64,000 bases of DNA from Tubulanus polymorphus. Its lineage: Eukaryota > Animalia > Nemertea. Both the position numbers and the translations under genes were made by a program. Each line of letters opens with the position of its first letter. The stretch's first letter is position 1. Below the pieces are notes generated by a model. It had not been told where the DNA came from. It made no database searches and saw nothing but the letters and a program-made list of their open reading frames with translations. This document shows, piece after piece, positions 58,595 through 64,000 of the stretch. Location of the stretch: contig NC_134025.1 of the NCBI RefSeq assembly GCF_964204645.1, positions 20,683,101-20,747,100 on the forward strand, read 5' to 3'.

Positions 58595-60982
58595 ATGCTG
58601 AAGGGAATTGCCATAGAATGGAGAGGCCAGAATCTTGTGGTCGAAATCTTTGAAGATACATGTCAAAAGCATCTAGACGATGTAGCCTGTTATAGTGATG
58701 ATAAATCAGTAACGTATAAGGAACTGAATGAAGCGTCAAATAAAATAGCCCGCGCACTCCTGCATCAACTTAATCACTTTGATCACGTATCTTCCAATCA
58801 GGACAAGTTGAAATGCGTCGGAATTTTCATGGAACCTACCTACGATCGACTGGTTACGATCATAGCACTTCTTAAATTAAACATAGCGTATGTGCCATTA
58901 GATCCAGTTATTCCCTTGAATAGGTTAAAGCTGATTTTGCGAGAAGCAAATCCGATGTGTATAATTTCTTCCGCTGCGCTCTACGATCAGCTAATGACGG
59001 CCGAAATGTTAGTTGAGGGTCATGGCATCTTTAAGTATGGTCATCTGTACAAAATTGGTAGTAACATCAGTCAAAAGAAAATATCTCCCCAAGAGAGGTT
59101 TTCTCCAACGGCATTAGATCCGCCATTCTGTATCCTTTATACCTCGGGAAGCACTGGTACGCCGAAAGGTGTCCGTCTCCGCAACAGCAACGTTATCAAC
59201 CGGCTTAACTGGCAATGGAACGAAGTACCTTTCCAAAATGGTGATGTTGGATGTGCTAAAACCTCACTTCTTTTCGTGGACTCGATTACTGAAATGTTCG
59301 GATGTCTCTTGAAAGGTGTCCCTTTCGTGATCATACCGAAATCTGTCGTTCAAAATCCAGAAAGGTTTTTCTCTGCTCTCCAAAAACATAGAGTAACGCA
59401 CCTTATTCTGGTGCCTTCTCTGCTCAGAGTTATTTTTACCGTTATTAAGATGAATGATTCATGCCACCAGTTATCTGATCTACGCTACGTCGTTTCCAGC
59501 GGTGAAACCCTGCCGGTTGAACTAGCTCGGCAGTTCTTTGATGTTTTTCCAAGCAACGTCACTCTAGCGAATTATTACGGCAGTACTGAGATAACTGGAG
59601 ACGTCACATTTCAACTAATGAAATGTTTAACCGATGTTGATAAGTCAACCGTCGATGGTAAGCTTTCAATTGGACGGCCGATTGGTAATAGCAACATCTA
59701 TATTGTCGATGAAGGCCTTGCGTTGACCTCTGGTACTGGAGAATTGTTGGTTAGTGGCTTAAACGTATCCGATGGCTACGTGGACACAGAAAACATGGTA
59801 AACTTTCTTCCAAACCATCTTTACTCCGAGATCGGACACGAACACCTGTATCGAACCGGTGATTACGCGCGGGTCGTTGACAATATCGTGATATATGAAG
59901 GTCGTACTGATTCACAGGTCAAAATCCGAGGTCAAAGGGTTAACATGGCTGAAGTCGAACGACTTATTTCAAGTTGTAAGGGTGTAGAAAAAGTTGTAGT
60001 TCTATTGTGTACATCGGGTGATGGAAATGAGGTCATCGTCGCGTTCTATACCACGGCTGATGGAGTACGTGAAGACGTCATTAACGAGGCCTGCAAGAAA
60101 TCGCTTCCTGGTTACATGTTACCGGAAATTATACTTATTCAAGAATTTCCACTGCAGGCAGCGACGGGAAAAATTGATCGGGTTGGACTTAAGCATATTT
60201 ATTCTTCATCCAAAAATCCGAAATGTGAACATTTCGTATTTTCGGACAAAACGACTGATGATATCGTGACTGCAGTTTCCGATGTGCTAGGAATTTCGAA
60301 ATCAAAACTGAATGCAGATGTCAATTTCTTTGAAGTCGGGGGCAATTCGATAAATGCGATTAACGTTTTAGCAAAAATCAAATCTATGGGTTACTTAACT
60401 GATGTTGCTTCCTTCATCTCGGCCTCGAGTATAAACGATTTCATCAAATCTTTGAAACGGGCTCGTGAAGAAGAGCTAGTATATCAAAAAAATATCGGTG
60501 ACTATGTTATAGTCCCGTTAACCGATGTTATGGATAAAAAAGAAGAAATCACCAAGAATTTTGGAGATACATACACGAAGAAGGATGCGCTGAGCATAGC
60601 TGTTGGGTTAAAACCATCCGAATTCCAGATGTACGTGTCGTCTTTCTGGGAATATTTCCCTAGATCGGGCGCTTCGTGCGTGTGCCTTGATAGCAACGGG
60701 AAAGTTATGGGTGCATCACTCGTCGCTACTGGCGAAGTTACATCGAATATGCAATTCGAGGGCGGTAACACGATATTCCATTTTTTGGAGTACGTCGAGA
60801 GCCACGGCGCCAATCTTATCACCGATAATTTTGCCGATTCTTTCCTGATCGGAACATCGCCTGATCTGTCAGCGCAAGAGAACGTGCAAGTCACGTATCT
60901 AATGGAAAAAGCGTCACTAGAAATGGCTGAAAAGATGGGATACGATGGAATGATAACATGCAATACCAACCAGGTAACAAAA
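58595..60982 (+). CDS. ebony: Ebony-like NRPS copy 4 (most divergent), large exon only; last exon not in the window
   Basis: Same A/T/C motifs (YRTGD, NFFEVGGNS, GYDGMITCNTNQVTK); donor AAA|gtaagt after 60982 at the same position as in paralogs. Confidence 0.88.
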
Positions 60983-61075
60983 GTAAGTACACGTACATTG
61001 ATGATTATACCAATACCTGTTTATATCAGTACTGATTTCTTCCATAACCACGATCTCGCGAGCGTCTTTGGTCTG

Positions 61076-61487
61076 GAACAACGGTTCACACTTGTGCCAA
61101 ATGGGCCCTTGCCTGTTTGGCACGGGCCAAATTTGGACCAACTAAAAACGTCGGACAACGCCCAAGCCTAATTTTAGCACTGGACATATTAGCCGAGATC
61201 CCACGGAGACGATTTTGCCTGGGCTAAATTGGCACAGATCAGGCTCAGGCCATATTTGGCCCGTGCCTAATTAGAGAGCGCGTCCACACGCAAACCATTC
61301 ACTCGATACTAAACAGTGGTCAAACAAAGTGAAGTGGATCATTTTTGGTGCCAGTTGCAATTCAAACGCAATCATTTATGTGGCGGTAGAATTTGGCTCG
61401 GGCCTGGTCCGACGTTTCTGGTCGGGCCAAATTTGGCCCGGGCCAAACAGGCAAGGGCCCATATGGTACCCGTGTGAACAGTTGTCC
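61076..61487. mobile_element. MITE with ~100-bp imperfect TIRs (Harbinger-like GTTCACAC subterminal motif) in the last intron of copy 4
   Basis: acaacggttcacac...atgggcccttgcctgtttggcacgggccaaatttgg / ccaaatttggcccgggccaaacaggcaagggcccat...gtgtgaacagttgt. Confidence 0.8.
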
Positions 61488-61586
61488 TAAGGATTCAAGA
61501 TGGCGGACTAGTGCGATCACGCATTCGTATATGTCCTGACAAAAATTATTTATCAAGTGTTTTTCACTGTGGATTTATAACGAGTA

Positions 61587-62906
61587 ATGGGTTCATTGGA
61601 TAGGAAGTGTTCTATCAAGTTTCCTCTGAATGAGGTAAACGGAAAAATTCTTCATCAAGATGTCATTAACGCTATAAAGGACAGTGCCGACGATGACGTG
61701 AGTAAAATAGCAGCGATTCAAATAACGTCAAAATTTTGCATAATTACTGCAGTAGATGAAACGAGTAAAGATCTTCTGAAACAATCCGGATTAATCTTTC
61801 GAGGGAATAAAATCACTCCGGATGATGTAGATTTAACCTTTTTGTCTGTGAAAATAGTCGATGCTCCGTATGAGATGTCGGATCTGACCATTGTCAACTT
61901 TATTAAAAATTATGGTGATTATGTTGAAGGATCGGTAAAAAAAGGCGTGATAAGGGACACTCAAATATATACTGGGACCAGATATTTGAAATTGAAACAA
62001 GTCAATAAAGTTATTCCAAACTTCACATCAACCGATGGATTCCGCGTAAGAGTGTACTGTGAGGGTATAGGGTGTCAACATTGCCTTGGCGATCATCGCT
62101 CAGCTGACTGTCCGTCACGATTTAAGTGTTTCAAATGTGGCGCCGCAGAGCATAAAGCTCGTGATTGTACCGTGACTCTGAGCGACACGATATCCAACGA
62201 AGGGCGTGACTATTGCGAGAAAACGTCAAGCGAACCGCTGTCCAATACTATTACAAATAATGTATTAGTAATCGGTGATTCTAACCTCCGTGACTTCGAG
62301 TTTCCGAATGGCACGGTTAATTGCCAGCCTGGTGCTAGCGGTGAAAAGATTTCATCGCTTCTGAATAAAGCTGACAATCAGATTCTAGATCGATCGTCGA
62401 TTACTGACGTTATTCTCCACTTAGGTACAAACGATATAAGTAACAACAAAAATGACAGTGACACTGTAGTGGTGAATCTGTCCTTAGCCATGGCTAAAAC
62501 GACGGAACATTTCAATGAAGCCCAGATTCACTTCTCTAGTATCATTCCAAGAAAAGGTAACTCCAACAACGTAAAAGAGTACAACAGCCTTGCAATAGCA
62601 GTTAACAACCATATCGGGAAACTATGCGCGGAACAGAATATCATGTTTATTGATAATGACACTATATTGAAACTTAAACCGTCTGGTAAAGCTTTGGACC
62701 ACTTTTATTCGCCGACCGATAAAAGTGGTATTCACCTCAGTGAAACCGGCAAGCTTGCATTGCTTAAACACTTTTGCGAGGCAATAGATGGCGTCACTAG
62801 TGATGCTTTCTGCACACCGACCTTGGCAAAACGAAAGGAGAGATCACTATCCGGAACACCACCTTCAATAGAAAAAACCAGGAAAAAACAATACGTTGAA
62901 TATTAG
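61587..62906 (+). CDS. LINE ORF1: zinc knuckles + SGNH/GDSL esterase domain, 439 aa
   Basis: CQHCLGDHRSADC and CFKCGAAEHKARDC knuckles; LVIGDSNLR, LHLGTND and SGIHL esterase blocks. Confidence 0.85.
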   Translation: MGSLDRKCSIKFPLNEVNGKILHQDVINAIKDSADDDVSKIAAIQITSKFCIITAVDETSKDLLKQSGLIFRGNKITPDDVDLTFLSVKIVDAPYEMSDLTIVNFIKNYGDYVEGSVKKGVIRDTQIYTGTRYLKLKQVNKVIPNFTSTDGFRVRVYCEGIGCQHCLGDHRSADCPSRFKCFKCGAAEHKARDCTVTLSDTISNEGRDYCEKTSSEPLSNTITNNVLVIGDSNLRDFEFPNGTVNCQPGASGEKISSLLNKADNQILDRSSITDVILHLGTNDISNNKNDSDTVVVNLSLAMAKTTEHFNEAQIHFSSIIPRKGNSNNVKEYNSLAIAVNNHIGKLCAEQNIMFIDNDTILKLKPSGKALDHFYSPTDKSGIHLSETGKLALLKHFCEAIDGVTSDAFCTPTLAKRKERSLSGTPPSIEKTRKKQYVEY

Positions 62907-62931
62907 TCAAACACCATGACTTGTTATTTGT

Positions 62932-64000
62932 ATGAAAAGCTCAGTAACTGATATACCTTGTACAAACAACAGTTGTTTGTACTTTAATGTTGACGAGGAT
63001 TCTCCTCTTGAACGGGGAAGTCTATCCATCATTTCTCATAACATCAGAAGTGTCAACAAAAATTTTGACAGTTTAACTGATTTTTTGAATTGTTGTAATG
63101 GTCAATTTTCGGTCATTGGTTTGACCGAGACTTGGACTAATTCAAATAATTCTAACTCCAATTTGTATAGAATTAACGGTTACACGAGTATTTTTAAATC
63201 CCGCGCCAATGGTCAACTTGGTGGCGGCGTAGCTCTCTTCCTAAAGGAAAATTTCAATTTCAAAGTACGGACAGACTTATCAACTAGGAATCATACTTTC
63301 GAATCTTTATTCATCGAAATTGTTTTAGGTAAAAAATCCAATATTATTATTGGAGTAATATATAGACCTCCAGGAGGAAAATTACCAACTTTTCAAGATG
63401 AATTTGAACTCAAAATTGCGAAAGTTTGTCCTTTGTTTAAATCCGGAGCCCCTAATTCTTTAAATAATTATCGACCCATATCTTTGCTTCCTAGCTTCTC
63501 AAAAATTCTGGAAAAACTAGTTTACAACAGATTGGTTTCCTTTTGTAACAAACAGGATATTGTAATCCCATACCAGTTTGGCTTTCGTTCAAAACATTCA
63601 ACAGACTTGGCATTAACCAAGGTTGTTGATAATCTTTCTGAAGCCTTGGAAAATAAGAATATTACTATTGGATTATTCTTGGACCTGTCTAAGGCATTCG
63701 ACACCGTTAACCATGACATTTTGTTAATGAAGCTTGATTATTACGGAATCCGAGGTGTTCCTCATGATTGGTTTAAAAGCTACCTGACTGACAGGAGTCA
63801 AGTTTTAAGTTTCAACAATACCTTATCGTCTCCATTAAATATATCAATTGGTGTACCCCAGGGTTCTATTCTAGGCCCTTTGCTCTTTTTATTATACGTT
63901 AACGATTGCGTTAATGCGTCCAAATTACTCCATTTTATCCTCTTTGCCGATGACACGAATTGTTTTTATAGTAACTCTAATATCAAAGAATTGGTTTCCA
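62932..64000 (+). CDS. LINE ORF2 (partial): N-terminal half of APE endonuclease fused in frame to RT
   Basis: Open frame to the window end: HNIRS, IGLTETW, GGGVAL, IYRPP, then directly LKIAKVCPLFK, NYRPISLL, DLSKAFDTV, GVPQGSILGPLLF, LFADDTN. Confidence 0.85.
   Translation, partial: MKSSVTDIPCTNNSCLYFNVDEDSPLERGSLSIISHNIRSVNKNFDSLTDFLNCCNGQFSVIGLTETWTNSNNSNSNLYRINGYTSIFKSRANGQLGGGVALFLKENFNFKVRTDLSTRNHTFESLFIEIVLGKKSNIIIGVIYRPPGGKLPTFQDEFELKIAKVCPLFKSGAPNSLNNYRPISLLPSFSKILEKLVYNRLVSFCNKQDIVIPYQFGFRSKHSTDLALTKVVDNLSEALENKNITIGLFLDLSKAFDTVNHDILLMKLDYYGIRGVPHDWFKSYLTDRSQVLSFNNTLSSPLNISIGVPQGSILGPLLFLLYVNDCVNASKLLHFILFADDTNCFYSNSNIKELVS

Larger units (their letters stand above)
61493..64000 (+). 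mobile_element. CR1/L2-group LINE with apparently intact 5' end, runs off the right edge
   Basis: 5' CAAGATGGCGG (YY1-type motif common at LINE starts), ORF1, then ORF2 with APE and RT motifs. Confidence 0.9.

Noticed and set aside
40486-61171. Bacterial NRPS operon or contamination
   Set aside because: GT-AG introns at a conserved position, Ebony-type C-terminus, interspersed animal LINEs/MITEs and flanking animal genes

Overview
AT-rich animal (invertebrate, probably lophotrochozoan) genomic DNA with spliceosomal genes, so most short ORF-track entries are noise. Left to right: (1) a minus-strand equilibrative nucleoside transporter (SLC29/ENT) gene, 11 coding exons reconstructed, running off the left edge, with a decayed RTE-clade LINE (5' HDV-like ribozyme fold, (GAT)n tail) and a palindromic MITE in its introns; (2) a plus-strand Ly6/uPAR three-finger gene with a probable ~13 kb first intron; (3) a convergent 4-exon myophilin/transgelin/calponin-family gene; (4) a secreted Pro/Thr mucin-like protein of ~20 x 58-aa repeats plus a decayed copy upstream; (5) the main feature, a head-to-tail array of five ebony-like NRPS units (adenylation - carrier - aaNAT-like amine-selecting domain) at 40.5-61 kb: two intact, one split by a single TGA at the A/T boundary, one with the A domain deleted, one whose last exon is not in the window. 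Their C-terminal domains diverge much faster than the A cores; (6) a CR1/L2-group LINE with a zinc-knuckle + SGNH-esterase ORF1 at the right edge. Many MITEs, including a family with TAY..RTA termini and 6-bp TSDs (IS3EU-like). All exon calls and alignments were done by eye.
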